Positions 25,610-39,024 of a stretch of DNA of 64,000 bases are shown piece after piece. Origin of the DNA: Malacoraja senta (taxonomy: Eukaryota). The translations under genes and the position numbers were made by a program. The first letter of the stretch is position 1; each line of letters opens with the position of its first letter. The stretch is from NCBI GenBank assembly GCA_038087875.1, contig JAXLNO010000674.1, forward strand, positions 124,001-188,000, read 5' to 3'. The notes under the pieces were generated by a model. It saw only the letters and a list, made by a program, of their open reading frames with translations. It was not told where the DNA came from and did not search any database.

Positions 25610-25990
25610 TAGTTTTTTAATTTAGATACACAGCGCGGAAACAGGCCTTTCGGCCCACCAAGTCAGCACCGACCAGCGACTAACCCGCACACCAACACTA
25701 TCCTATACACGAGGGACAATTTGACACATGCATCAAGCCAATTAACCTACATTCCTGTTAAAGAAGGAACTGCAGATGCTGGAAAATCGAAGGTACACAA
25801 GATGCTGGAAAATCGAACCTACATTCCTGTACGTCTTTGGAGTGGGAGGAAATCGAAGATCTCAGCGAAAATCCACACAGGTCACAGGGAGAACATACTA
25901 ACTCTGTACAGACAGCACCCATAGTCAGGATTGAAACCGGGTCTCTGGCACTGCAAACACTGTAAGGCAGCAACTCTACCACTGTGCCGC
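25610..25990 (-). mobile_element. V-SINE containing a 58-bp Penelope-type insertion (25759-25816)
   Basis: The SINE body is recognisable. A 14-bp duplication, ACCTACATTCCTGT, at 25745-25758 and 25817-25830 flanks the insert. Confidence 0.85.
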
Positions 25991-26702
25991 CCTTATTGGT
26001 AACTTTGTATGATCTTATTTTGTTAGGATGCAAATTCCATGGGAACGCTTTCTCAAAGAGATAGATAATGATGTAGAAACAACGAGCTGCAGATGCTTGT
26101 TTGTACCAAAGAGTGTCACAAAGTGCTGGAGTAACTCAACGGGTCAGAGGTGTTCTACAGCATCTCTGTAGATAAAGGATGGGTAATGCTGGGTGAAGCT
26201 TCAGGTTGGGATCCTTCTTCAGACTGATGTATCGGGTTGGGACCCTTCTTCAGACTAACCCTGCTTGAGACTGAAGTAGGATCCCGACCCAAAGTGTCAT
26301 CCAGCCTTTTTCACCAGAGATGCTGCCGGTCTCGCTGAGTTACTTGAGCACTCTGTGTTTAAGGTTGATAATGAGTTGTTCAATCCTGATTTTTTGTGAT
26401 GTTAATTTCTGCATGTTCACAGGGCAGACTGTGAGAGTAAACAGTTGAAAAACTAGTCTAGCAGGAAATGTGTGGTATTTGAGTAAGTGTGAATGTGGGG
26501 CCTCTCCAGTGAGATGATTGGGAAACTCCCTGACAAAGGGGGATGTAGTGAACAAGTCACCAGGAGGTCATATCAAAGCAGAAGTTAAATGTTACATTGA
26601 TATTTTTAGAGTCTGCTCTTGATGTACTGGCAATCCGATTTGGACAACTTACTGAATATTGCAGCTCAAGATGATATAGAGATATAGCATTGGAACAATG
26701 TT

Positions 26703-26829
26703 TAAGAAGGAACTGCAGATGCTGGAAAATCGAAGGTACACAAAAATGCTGGAGAAACTCAGCAGGTGCAGCAGCATCTATGGAGCGAAGGAAATAGGCA
26801 ACGTTTCTGGCCGAAACCCTTCTTCAGAC
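26703..26829 (-). mobile_element. Penelope pseudo-LTR mini-element with hammerhead motif (sister of 17496-17622)
   Basis: The reverse complement reads ctgaagaagggtttcggccagaaacgttgcct... and differs from the 17.5-kb copy at only a handful of positions. Confidence 0.8.
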
Positions 26830-26835
26830 TTCAGT

Positions 26836-27128
26836 CACGGCACGGTGGGGCAGCGATAGAGTTGCTGCCTTAAAGTGCCAGAGCCCCAGGTCCGAACCTG
26901 GCTATGGCTGCTGTCTGTACGGAGTTTGTACATTCTCCCCATGACCAGTGGGTTTTCGCCAAGATCTTCGGTTTCCTCCCACACTCCAAAGACGTACAGG
27001 TTTGTAGGTTAATAGGCTTGATATAAATGTAAATTGTCCTTCGTGTGTAGGATAGTGTTAATGTGCGGGATCTGTGCGGACTCGTGCTGAAGGGCCTGTT
27101 TCCACAATGTATCTCTAAACTAAACTAA
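26836..27128 (+). mobile_element. V-SINE (HE1-like), near full length
   Basis: Head cacggtggggcagcg, V-domain, and tail tgtatctctaaactaaactaaa. Confidence 0.88.
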
Positions 27129-27406
27129 AATAATCTAAGTAAGCTTGACATTTAGAATCATGTACAGCATAGAAACAGGCCCTTCAGCCCAGCTTATCTA
27201 TGCCAGCCAAGATGCCCCATCTACCCTTGACCCACCTAACTATGTTTTAGCTTAGTTTAATTTATTATTAATGTCACGTGTACTGTTTTACAGTGAAAAT
27301 GTTTCTTGTGTGCTATCCAGTCAGTGAAAAGACTACATTACAATGAAGCCGTTCACAATCTATAGATACAGGATAAAGGATATCATGTTTAGTGCAATGT
27401 AAATCC

Positions 27407-30038
27407 TTTTTTTTGTGTGTTTTTTTTGAAAATATTTTTTATTGGATGTAAATACATATATTAAAGTCGTTACCAGTCTTACATTTCTCAATTAATAATA
27501 TTGTCAAATATTATTACATTGTCTCCAATACTTTTTTTCTTTAAAAAAAAAACTAAATAGAACTAAAAAGATAGATAAAATAAAGAAAGAAAAGAGAGAA
27601 AAGGAAAAAAAAAAAAGAAACAAAGAAAACACACAAAAAAAAGAGATAATAAAGAAGAATGGAATAACTTACTAAGATAAAAAACTTCATTCGAGATATA
27701 TTCGTACATTTCAGAATATAACATGTCATCTATTCCTTGGCTCGAGTGTTAGTCAGGTTCTCGTGCTGAACCATTCTGACCCTTTAGTTAATTAATAAAG
27801 GGAGACCATGTTCCAGCAAATAGTTCTTGTTTGTCCAACAGGACAAGTCTAATTCTTTCCAAGTGTAAGGTCTCCGTCATTTCTATAATCCACATTTTAA
27901 TTGTGGGGGTTATAGGGCCTTTCCAAAATTTTAGAATTAATTTTTTCCCAGTTATTATACTATAATCAATGAAGTTTCTTTGAGTTGTTGTAAATGTTTG
28001 ATTTAGTTCTAATGTTCCTAGTATTATTAATTTTTGATCCGGGTCCAATTGAGTGCTGGTCACTTTAGATATTATTCTAAAAATATTTGCCCAGAATTTT
28101 TTAATTTTTATGCAATTTGCAAACATATGAGATAAGTTAGCTTCTAAATGTGGACATTTATCACATATAGGTGAAATATGTGGGAAGGTTTTATTTAATT
28201 TTGTTTTAGAATAATGTAACCTATGTATTACTTTAAATTGTATTAAAGAGTGTCTGGCATTTAATGAACATTGATGTATGTGTTGTAAACTTTCTTCCCA
28301 AGTATCTTTCGTTATTATTTGATTTAGTTATTTTTCCCATGTTTGTCTATGTAAGTCTGTCTATGGAATATCACTGTCTAATAAAATATAATATATATAA
28401 GATATTAATTTTTTTGTATTAGGATGTTTATTCCAGCAGTCGTCAAGAATTTCTGAATTTCTAATTCTAAAGTTTTGAGTATTTGCTTTTACATAATCTC
28501 TGTTGAAGATATCTGAAAAAATCATTTACTTGGTCCATAAGTCTGTTGCAACTCCTGAAATGAAAGAAAAGTGCCTTCCTTGTAAAGTTGTCCCATCTTC
28601 TTAATTCCATAGTTTTTCCTTTGTGTAAAACCTCTGTCCAACCATGAGGGCTTAAACAACGGATTATTCACAATTGGAAGAAAAAGTGATAAGTTATCTA
28701 ATTTTAATGTCTTTTTTATTTGTTTCCAAATTCGCATAGCACTATATATTATAGGATTTTCCCTATACATTTTTTTGTTTAATTTAGAAGTAGAAAATAC
28801 TATCGAGCCGATTTCAAAAGGTGAACAATCTTCCTTTTCCATTTTTAACCAATCTGGTTGTTGATCTATTTCTTCCAACCAAAAATTCATATTTTTAATG
28901 TTAACTGCCCAAAAATAAAACAAAAAGTTTGGTAAAACCAAGCCTCCATTTATTTTTGATTTGCACAGATGTTTTTTGCTTATCCTATGATTCTTATAAT
29001 CCCAGATAAAGTCACTTACAATGGAATCCAACTTTTTTGGCAAGTATATCGGAATTGTTTAAAAAAGGTATAATATTTGCGGTAAGAACATTATTTTTAT
29101 GGCATTAATCTTACCAACCATTGAGATAGGAAGTGTTTTCCAATACTGAATGTTCTTATGTAGTTTATTCAGTAATGGGGGAAAATTTGCTTTAAATAAT
29201 GATGTATATGTCTTAGTGACATAAATGCCTAGGTATTTGAATTTTTCGTTTACTATTTTAAACGGAAATTGTTGTATTATATGTTTATTATGTTCCCTTA
29301 TTGGCATAATTTCGCTTTTATTCCAATTTATTCTGTATCCAGAAAGTGAACCAAATTGAGTTATTAACTTTAATAAATTTGGAATACTAATTTCTGGTTT
29401 TGTAATGTAAATTAATACGTCATCTGCGTATAGAGAATTTTATTCACTGTATCCTTTGTGTTATACCCATATATTTCCGGATGAGTCCTAATTCTTTCTG
29501 CGAGTGGCTCAATAGCAAGCGCAAATAATAATGGAGACAACGGGCATCCTTGTCTGCAACCTCTAGATAGGTTAAATTTAGACGATAACCTTTGGTTTGT
29601 TAATATTCTAGCCGTAGGGTTGGTATATAACAGTTTTATCCATGCGCAGAATTTCTCGCCCAGCTGCAATTTTTCCATCACCGAAAATAAATAGGGCCAT
29701 TCCACCTGATCAAAAGCTTTTTCAGCATCAAGTGAGATTATTGATAGATCTTCATTAATAATTCTCTTTGAATATATTATATTAAATAATCTTCTTAGAT
29801 TATAATATGAATACCGTTTCTGAATAAAGCCTGTTTGGTCAGGGTGTATTAATTTATTCAAAACTGTACTTAATCTGTGCGCTAAAATTTTAGTTAGTAT
29901 TTTCTTATCTGTATTTAAAAGTGCAATTGCTCTATATGATCCTGGATCTTCCAGATCCTTATCAGCTTTAGGAATAAGTGTTATTATAGATTCGTTTAAG
30001 GTATCTGGGAGTTTCTGTTGAGTATAAATATGCTCATA
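27407..30038 (-). mobile_element. 5'-truncated L1 LINE, 2.6 kb, with 12-bp TSD
   Basis: RT motifs SYRAIALLN, DQTGF, SLDAEKAFD and GCRQGCPLSPLLF, with YADD reached after a frameshift. An A-rich tail lies at about 27407-27445. The TSD CAATGTAAATCC is at 27395-27406 and 30039-30050. Confidence 0.95.
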
Positions 30039-30142
30039 CAATGTAAATCCAATTGGTGTTTTGCTGATTTCCCTCCAAACCTTTCCTATCCATAGAAATT
30101 TCTATTACTTGAGAATAATTGTATTATTTTCTTTGTGTCTAG

Positions 30143-30402
30143 GGCCTCACACACTGATCTATTACTACACCCTGAACCACGGGAGTACTCATCTACCAGA
30201 ATATAGTGTATGGGTGTTCTGGACGGTTGTGAGATACAGTATTATGACCAAAACATGGTCATTACAGTTCCAAGACAGAAATGGATGGCGGCTGCATTTG
30301 ACAGGAATTACTGGGTAACCAATACGGTCTCTGAAACTGGTTTCCATGGAATCATCAAAGGGCAAGTCGATGAATGGATGTGGAGGCAGAACGAAACAGC
30401 AA
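30143..30402 (+). CDS. Exon 2, MHC class I alpha1 domain (1-nt deletion)
   Basis: Acceptor ttttctttgtgtctAG and donor A|GTTAGT. It reads GPHTLIYYYTLNHGSTHLPEYSV, then shifts frame to MGVLDGCEIQYYD...RNYWVTN...WRQNETA. The length is 260 nt, and 261 would keep the frame. As written, a TAA occurs at 30316-30318. Confidence 0.92.
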
Positions 30403-32811
30403 GTTAGTTCATTCATTTCAATACATTTGGAGTGTGATCAATGTTCATAAAAAAACATCTCAAAGAAATTTCTCGCTGTGCCAGAGACCCAGGTTTGATC
30501 CTGACTACACGTTCTCCCTGTGACCACAGATATTTCCTCCAGGTGCTCCGGTTTCGTCCCATATCTTGAAAACGTGAGAGTTTGTAGGTTAATTGGGCTC
30601 TGTAAATTACTCTTGTGTGCTGAGAATGGGTGAGAAGGTGGGATTACATAGATGTGTAGGAAGGAACTGAAGATGCAAAGATAGGCACAATGTGCTGGAG
30701 TAACTCAGCGGGACAGGCAGCATCTCTGGATACAAGGAATGGATGACTTTTCAGGTCAAGACCCTTCCTCAGACAGTGTTTCCCCTGACTTACTCCAGCA
30801 TTTTGTGTCCATTTTGGGATAACATAGAACTAGTGTGAAAGATGATCGATGGTTGGCATGGAATTGGTGGGCAGAATGGCCCGTTTCCATGCTGAGTCAC
30901 TAACCTAAGAACTGCAGATGCTGCAAATGTGAAATAAAAACCAAAAATGCCATTGTCTGATGGCTTCATTGTCAGTTTATCACCATGGAAACCTGTCATT
31001 ACCTTATCAGTGATACCCGCTATGTCCAACCATGCCTCCCACTCCTGTCTGTAACTTACACATTCTCACAATTCTGAAGCATTAATTTTGTTTCTCTTTC
31101 CATAGGTTCTGTTGAACTTGCTGTGTGTTCCAGCATTTTACAAATCATTGAAATGTTGGTGGCTTTTTGAATGGTTAAAATCCCTTGCGTACCTCACCAA
31201 TTGTTTGTACTTTTATTGACAAATTTTGAATGAAAAGTAGTGTGAAATATTTAAAGGATAACCTAAATGGCATTGTGGTTCAGCCGTAGTGATACTGCCG
31301 TAGTGCCAGAGACCCAGGGTTGATCCTGGCCTCAGGTGCTGTCTGTACATAGTTTGTACGTACTCCCCGTGACCTGCGTGGGCTTTCCCCGGGTGCCCCG
31401 GTTTCCTCCCACACTCCAATCCTGTATGCCAAAGGGGATCACTGGTCACTGTGGACTCTAAGGACTGTTTTCATGCTATATCTCTAAATTATCTTGGGCA
31501 CCAATTGTAAAGTAAGCTGTCCAAATCCGTCTGCACCACACTTGTATATCCATATATTTTGCAATTGGACATGTTTTATATTGTAAATCAATAAGTCCTA
31601 TCACCATTACTGTGTTAATTCAATGACATTCGTAGAGTACCATTGAACAAAGCAGGACTAGGCGTGAGGGGACCATCGTGAGGTGGTGGTGGTGGGGGGC
31701 GGGGGGGACAAAGGAGGACCTGGTGTGGGAGACTTTATAACTTTGTCGGTGCCCTTTATGTGAAGAATCTTGACATACGTTGGGTTTACAAAACAAAGAA
31801 TTTCACTGTGACTTGTCACATGTCACAATAAAGTGTCATTCAATCATGATTAATTATTTCTGAAAAGATTGCTTTTTGTTACCTCTTTGGTTACACATTA
31901 AACAAATTATATTATTAATCTTTAACTGGACTAAAACAGGGTGAGGGTACAAACAGGGAACAATACATCAAAATATGCACTGGGCATAATTTCTATCAAT
32001 TTTCCATATCTTGCAATATTTATTATTATTTTCAAATTATATGTGAATACATGTGAATGATGTTTATTAGATTATCATCTGATTCATTGAACCTTGTTTA
32101 TTGAATCATATTGCCTTCAAAAATATTTTTTTAATTTGCATTATTTATGGTGCACATATTATCTGCAGGAAGAAGAAAGGAAAAGGTGGAGCCAGTGGGC
32201 TGAGGGAGAGCTGAGAAGGGGAGGAGAAAGTAAGGACTACCTGAAATTAAAGAAGTCAATGTTCATACCGTTGGGGTGCAAACTGCCCAAGCGAAATATG
32301 AGGTGTAGCTGACATCTAGAGCAGCTGACATCTAGAGAGAAACGTTTTGAATGATGTCTACCCATTGCAGGGTAAATGGGACTAGCTTAAATGGGGTATC
32401 TTGATTAGCATGGACAAGTTGGGCCAAAGGGCTTGTTTCCATGCTGTCCTCCAGACACAAAGTGCTAAGGAACTCAACGGGTCAAGCGGCATCTTTGGAG
32501 AACATGGGAAGGCAGACATTTTGGGTGCGGATCCTACTTCAGACTGAAGTTGGGTCACATTAGAACATGCTTTGTACTCGCACTCGCAGTCCAGTGTTAG
32601 TTTTCAAGGTTTTGTTGTTATTCACAGCTTGTAGTTGTTACATATTCAGCAGAGAGAAGTCGAGACAAACTAAAGCACCTGCAAAACGCAACTAAAAGAC
32701 CGCAGAAAGAAGCTTGAAAAGAAGGCTGTTATCTAAACAACTTACTTACAAGAGAGAGTTAGATTTAGCTCTTAAGGCTAAAGGAATCAAGGGATATGGG
32801 GGAAAAGATTA

Positions 32812-34565
32812 GTTAAAACAAATGTAGGTCCCTTGCCGTCAGAAACAGGTGAATTGATCATGGGGAACAAGGGCATGGCAGACCAATTGAATAACTACTT
32901 TGGTTCTGTCTTCACTAAGGAAGACTTAATTAATCTGCCGGAAATAGCAGGGGACCGGGGGTCAAATGAGATGGAGGATCTGAGTGAAATCCAGGTAGCT
33001 GGGAAGTGGTGTTAGGTAAATTGAATGGATTAAAGGCCGATAAATCCCCAGGGTTGCATCCCAGAGTACTTAAGGAAGTAGCCCCAGAAATAGTGGATGC
33101 ATTAGTGATAATTTTTCAAAACTCTTTAGATTTTGGAGAAGTTCCTGAGGATTGGAGGGTAGCTAATGTAACCCCACTTTTTAAAAAGGGAGGGAGAGAG
33201 AAAACGGGGAATTACAGACCAGTTAGTCTAACATTGGTAGTGGGGAAACTGCTAGAGTCAGTTATTAAAAATGGGATAGCAGCACATTTGGAAAATGGTG
33301 AAATCATTGGACAAAGTCAGTATGGATTTATGAAAGGTAAATCATGTCTGACGAATCTTATAGAATTTTTCGAGGATGTAACTAGTAGAGTGGATAAGGG
33401 AGAACCAGTGGATGTGTTATATCTGGACTTTCAGAAGGCTTTCGACAAGGTCCCACATAAGCGATTAATATACAAACTGGCAGACAGGAAGCAAAGAGTA
33501 GAAATAAACAGGTCCTTTTCAGAATGGCAGGCAGTGACTAGTGGGGTACCGCAAGGCTCAGTGCTGGGACCCCAGCTATTTACAATAAATATTAATGATT
33601 TGGACGAGGGAATTGAATGCAACATCTCCAAGTTTGCGGATGACATGAAGCTGGGGGGCAGTGTTAGCTGTGAGGAGGGTGTTAGAAGGCTGCAAGATGA
33701 CTTGGATAGGCTGGGTGAGTGGGCAAATGCATGGCAGATGCAGTATAATGTGGATAAATGTGAGGTTATCCACTTTGGTTGCAAAAACAGGAAAGTAGAC
33801 TATTACCTGAATGGTGGCCGATTAGGAAAAGGGGAGATGCAACGAGACCTGGGTGTCATGGTACACCAGTCATTGCAAGTAGGCATGCAGGTGCAGCAGG
33901 CAGTGAAGAAAGCGAATGGTATGTTAGCATTCATAGCAAAAGGATGTGAGTATAGGAGCAGGGAGGCTCTACTGCAGTTGTACAGGGTCTTGGTGAGACC
34001 ACACCTGGGGTATTGCATACAGTTTCGGTTTCCTAATCTGAGGAAGGACATTCTTGCCATCGAGGGAGTACAGAGAAGGTTCACCAGACTGATTCCTGGG
34101 ATGGCAGGACTTTCATATGAAGAAAGACTGGATAGACTCGGCTTGTACTCGCTAGAATTTAGAAGATTGAGGGGGGATCTTATAGAAACTTACAAAATTC
34201 TTAAGGGGTTGGACAGGCTAGATGCAGGAAGATTGTTCCCGATGTTGGGGAAGTCCAGAACAAGGGGTCACAGTTTAAGGATAAAGGGGAAATCTTTTAG
34301 GACTGAGATGAGAAAAACATTTTTTACACAGAGTGGTGAATCTCTGGAATTCTCTGCCACAGAGGGTAGTTGAGGCCAGTTCATTGGCTATATTTAAGAG
34401 GGAGTTAGATGTGGCCCTTGTGGCTAAAGGGATCAGGGGGTATGGAGAGAAAGCAGGTACAAGATACTGAGTTGGATGATCAGCCATGATCATATTGAAT
34501 GGTGGTGCAGGCTCGAAAAGTCGAATGGCCTACTCCTGCACCTATTTTCTATGTTTCTATGTTTC
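32812..34565 (+). mobile_element. CR1 LINE (family A), 455-aa RT ORF with an internal deletion; second 3' tail copy follows at about 34570-34680
   Basis: ORF 33006..34373 carries the RT motifs (FADD). It lacks the [17 protein letters not shown] segment seen in sister copies. Confidence 0.95.
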
Positions 34566-35162
34566 TAAAAGCAGGAATGGGGTACTGATTCTAGATGCAG
34601 GCATGATCATATTGAATGGCGGTGCTGGCTCGAATGGCCGAATGGCCTACTCCTGTGCCTATTTTTCTATGTTTCTATTATTAGTATACATTCGGCTATT
34701 TGTGGTGTTTCTTGAAAACACGAATACGAGAGAATGTACAGGATCTGCAGAACAACTAAGAGACTGCAGAAAGCAGCTTGAAAAGGAGGCTCTTCATCTA
34801 TACAACATAATTATTTTTTATTCAGCTATCATTGTTTGTAGTTTCTTATTGGAATGAAAACATCAACCAAGTTTTGACCCTTCCTTATTACGCCTGGTCC
34901 CAGGGGCCTGGTTGGCATTAGCTCATTACCTTCATCCTAATAAAGTGTTGTTGTTCACAGTTGTGCCTAGGTTTTTATCAATTATAACCTTGAGTTTACA
35001 AACTGTTCTTTGTCTCTGGGCTAAAGTTCACAGACTCTCCTTTTCAAGGAGTGACCAGTTTTAAGCAAACTGACTTCAGCAAATCCTTACAAATTCCATC
35101 AACCCCCCCCCACCCACTTTGATTCATCAATCAATGCCAGAGGGAATGAATCATCTAAGTAA

Positions 35163-35845
35163 AGGGGCCTGACCCACTTACGTGTCCTTGGAACACAAAT
35201 TACGCGTTGAGCCGCGATGGTCTGGCGAAGGTCGGGCGCGATTACATGCGTACGTACAGCCGTCTGGAGCACGTGACGTTATTTGAAGATGGACACAAAG
35301 CTGGAGTAAGTCAGTGGGACCGGCAGCATCTCTGGAGAGAAACAATGGGTGACGTTTCGTGTCGAGACTCTTCTTCAGTCTGAAAAGAAGGGTCTTGACC
35401 CGAAACGTCACCCATTGCTTCTCTCCAGAGATGCTGCCGGTCCCGCTGAGTTACTCCTGCATTTTGTGTCTATCTTCAATTTTCTTGGCCCCACTCTGGG
35501 AGTAGAAGTGGGGGCGGATCCGGACAGCAATGGCCGTGAGCCCCAGGCCGAGTTCGGCGATCGTTTGCCTGCTTCTGCTGCTGTTGGAGGTGAGACGTTG
35601 CGTCGCACCAGGGTCTTGGGCCTGTCCCACTTTGGCCGTCAGTTCCGCGACAGGCCGTTGGTGCGCGAAGATTTTGTTCACCACAAAATTTTCGGAGACC
35701 CGCGCGATGTCGCGCACAACTACATACCCCTCCGCGCTTCTCAGTGAGACTTGCCCCGCGCGGCCAATAGGATGCCCGTGAGCCTCAACATGACCACGAG
35801 GTCGCATAATGTGTGTGCCAAGGACACGTAAGTGGGACAGGCCCT
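35163..35845. mobile_element. PIF/Harbinger-like MITE with nested head-to-head Penelope pseudo-LTRs
   Basis: TIRs of about 43 bp (aggggcctgacccacttacgtgtccttgg / ccaaggacacgtaagtgggacaggccct) and a TAA TSD at 35160-35162 and 35846-35848. Confidence 0.85.
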
Positions 35846-36199
35846 TAAGAATACCAAGGAAAGGTGGCGTAGCTACACATCACTGGATATCTTTAAACTG
35901 TTCAATGCCACCGCCGAGTACACTAGGGGTCATGGCCAATAGTGAAAAATAAATTTGGCAGTGAATAGCTTAATGGTCTCCATATTTTAGAGAAAGCCTT
36001 CAATGCCCATGTGGGGTGAGCCTTATTATATCTATGTTTCTCTAAATATAGGAAGCACTTTTGTGGTAAAAGATGGGGCAGCTCGGGCCTTGAAAAGATC
36101 CAACCTTATGTGCAGCTTTATATTTGTTTATATGCAATAAGCAAAAAGAACACAATAGAAGATAAAACATGACAATAACTATAAGCAAAGCCAAGAGAT

Positions 36200-36401
36200 C
36201 GTGGCCTTACACGAGTTGCTGCCTTGCAGCACCAGAGACCCAGGTTTGAACCTGACTACGAGTGGTGACTGTACGGAGTTTGCATGTTCTCCCCATAACC
36301 TGTGTGGCTTTTCTCTGAGATGTAGGTAAATTGGCTTGGTATAATTGTAAATTGTCCCTAGTGTGGGCTGAAGGGCCTGTTTCAGCACTGTATCTCCAAA
36401 G
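36200..36401 (+). mobile_element. V-SINE whose tail is the Buster insertion site (tail resumes at 48261)
   Basis: gggcctgtttcagcactgtatctccaaag is followed, after the hAT element, by ctctaaagcttaaaactaaa. Confidence 0.8.
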
Positions 36402-36842
36402 CAGTGGTTCTTAACCTGGGGGTCGTGACCCCCATGGGGGTCCTTTGGGTTTTTTTCCGGGGGTCATGAAGGGGTTGAAAAGAACATCAATTTGTTGAGC
36501 CTATTTTTAGGAACCTAACAAAGGTACATACCACACACAGTATTTTGTTCACGAATGTGCGTTCGTATACACAGGGCCTAAGAGAGGGGGGTGCAGGGGG
36601 TACATCGTACCCGGGCCCAGATTCCAATAGGAGCCTGGGAGCTGAAGGAGGGGGGACGGGAATTTCCTGAAATCTCAGAAAATGTTTGCATATATTTTGT
36701 GAAGACTAGCATTCACATTTTGTGCCTTCAGAGTTTTATATATCGTAATTCGTAGAAATTGTGATCCATAATAAAGCAGGGAATTTTACTGGCGGGTGTG
36801 TGGTCGGGGTAACCTGATTAAAAGAGGGGGAAGGGGAAGTCC

Positions 36843-37066
36843 CATCACTACTGATGGATCTTCCCTGTAGGAGGAGGGAGAGCACTAGGACCCAACTGAG
36901 TCATCACTACTGATGGATCTTCCCTGTAGGAGGAGGGAGAGCACTAGGACCCAACTGACTCTGATGGATCTGCCCTTTAGGGGGGAGCACTAGGACCCAG
37001 CAGAGTCATCACTACTGATGGATCTTCCCTGTAGGAGGGGGAATGGGCACTTGGAGCCAGCAGAGT
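36843..37066. repeat. 59-bp minisatellite, two near-perfect and two degenerate units
   Basis: The unit catcactactgatggatcttccctgtaggaggagggagagcactaggacccaactgagt occurs at 36843 and 36902, with decayed copies at about 36961 and 37007. Confidence 0.85.
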
Positions 37067-37304
37067 TAGACCACGTGCTGCCTGCATGGTGGAGGTTGTG
37101 GGCCTGGTGCTGAACCGGGAAGGTGACGGCTCTGGCCCGCTGGTGGCCGGTGGAGAGGCAAGTGTCGGTGGCGTCGCTGGCGGAGGCCCGTGGGGAGCTG
37201 GAGTAGAGATATGGGCTTTCCAGCGACAGTGGCTGTGGTGGCCCCGCCCGGGGAGGTGGTGAGAGTCGGCAGCCACGGCTGTTTCAGTGGTCCGGGCCTG
37301 CGTT

Positions 37305-37520
37305 TGGGTGGGGGTGGGTGTGGGTGTGTTTGTGTGCGAGAGTGAGCGTGGGTAAGTGGGTGGATTTGTGTGGGTGGGGGTGTAGGTCAGTGGGTGTGGG
37401 TCAGTGTGGGTGGGTGGGTGTGTATGTGAGTAGGTGAGTGAGTGTGTGTCTGTGTGTGTGTGTGGATGTGTGTGGGTGTATGTGAGTACGTGAGTGAGTG
37501 TGTGTGTGTGTGTGTGTGTT
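37305..37520. repeat. Imperfect (GT)n / (GGGT)n microsatellite tract
   Basis: Directly visible in the sequence. Confidence 0.9.
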
Positions 37521-37559
37521 AGTGGGAGGCTGAATTTTATAACTGAACTTAAAACGCGC

Positions 37560-38220
37560 CCGGGGCTTCAGCGGCGGGCGCAGCATGGCCTCTCTGCGTG
37601 GAGCGGGCGAGCCCTCGCTGGGGCTCGCCGGAGGGGAGCGCTCCGTTTAGCTGGCCCGCGGCAGCCGGCAGCCTGCTCCTGCTGGTGCGGCATCTGCAGC
37701 CTGTGATCCCTCGTTGGGGACCCTGGAGAAGAAGAAGCCACCACCGCCGGCCCGCGGCCAACTTCTACCGCGGGCGCGGCGGCGACTTACCATCGGGAGC
37801 GGAGGCCCTTGCCGGGGACCCCTGTAGGGGAGCTTCGACTGCCGGCCCTGCAGTCTGCGGTGCTTCTGGCTGTGGCTCAGCGGGAACTTTAAATCTTTGA
37901 CCGCCGGCCTGCGGCCTACACCAACCTGAACCCGCGGTCTCCCGTGGGGGCACCGTTTCAGGACTTACCTGGACTTTCACTCATCTGGATGCCCGCAGCG
38001 GCGGCTGCGGAGGGTTGAGGTCCTGACCACGGGGGAAAATGGAGGAGGACTGGCCATATTTTGTGCCTTCCACCAGAGTGATGAATGCTGTGGTGGATGT
38101 TTGTGTTAAATGTTTAGTGTGTTTTTGTGTGTTCTTTATGATTGTACCGCTGCTGGCAAATTCATTTCACTTGCACTTTATGTGCAATGTGACGAATAAA
38201 ACTGATTGTTGATTGTTGAA
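37560..38220 (+). mobile_element. Unclassified GC-rich non-coding retroposon (copy A) with Rex1/Babar-like 3' tail
   Basis: GC/CpG-rich body, with the 3' end gtgacgaataaaactgattgttgattgttg. Its 3' ~170 bp is homologous to copies B and C. Confidence 0.6.
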
Positions 38221-39024
38221 CCATTAGATCTGTTGAACTTGTTAACAGACTATTGACTTGGTAACCTGTTTCCAAATGTTTGTGTTAGCTTCAGAATACT
38301 ATTAACAATTCCAGCAACAGTAGCTTTTGCAGAGGTCATTTAGCAAACTCAAGCTGATTAAGAAATATTTAAGGTCGACAATGTCTCATGAACGTCTTGT
38401 GGATTTGGCCAGGCTAAGTATTCAAAGTCAAAGTCAGTTTTATTCATCACATACACCCGAAGGTGCAGTGAAGTGAATTTGCCAGCAGTGATACACGTAA
38501 AAAGAACACACAATGCACAATAAAATAGTAAGATTAAACGAGAACTTACCAAGTTTGAAGTTTGATCTTTATTTTATGAGGAGTAACGTTGAGGGATTAC
38601 GTGAAGAAGCCCCGTCCAGCCGCACACGCGTCAATCTTTCAATGCAGCGGAGTGACAATCACAGACGATAATTACTGATGATAGTAAGATGCATAAAGAC
38701 TTAGAACTACCAGCTTGATCCTTTTATGAGGGTGGGAGCGGAGGGCACGTAATCCCTCAACGTTACTCCTCATAAAATAAAGATCAAACTTCAAACTTGG
38801 TAAGTTCTCGTTTAATCTTACTATTTTACTTCGGAGTCATGTGAGTGACTACGTGAAGATTTCAAAGCTCTGTGATTTCACACCGTGGATTCAAATCCAG
38901 GTGTTCACTGCATCGATTGACTCTATTTGAGTAAGCACAAACAACAATGCATAACCACAACATTTGAATGTAATCAGTTAATGGTTTTATTTATTTTAAT
39001 AAAAATAACAAAAATTAGGCCCAT

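Noticed and set aside
31085-31140. Strong-looking acceptor (ttttgtttctctttccatag) as an extra exon
   Set aside because: The downstream sequence is a decayed Penelope-type repeat (gaacttgctgtgtgttccagcatttt) with no meaningful ORF.
36843-37066. CRISPR-like array
   Set aside because: The units are head-to-tail with no unique spacers, in a eukaryotic context; it is a minisatellite.
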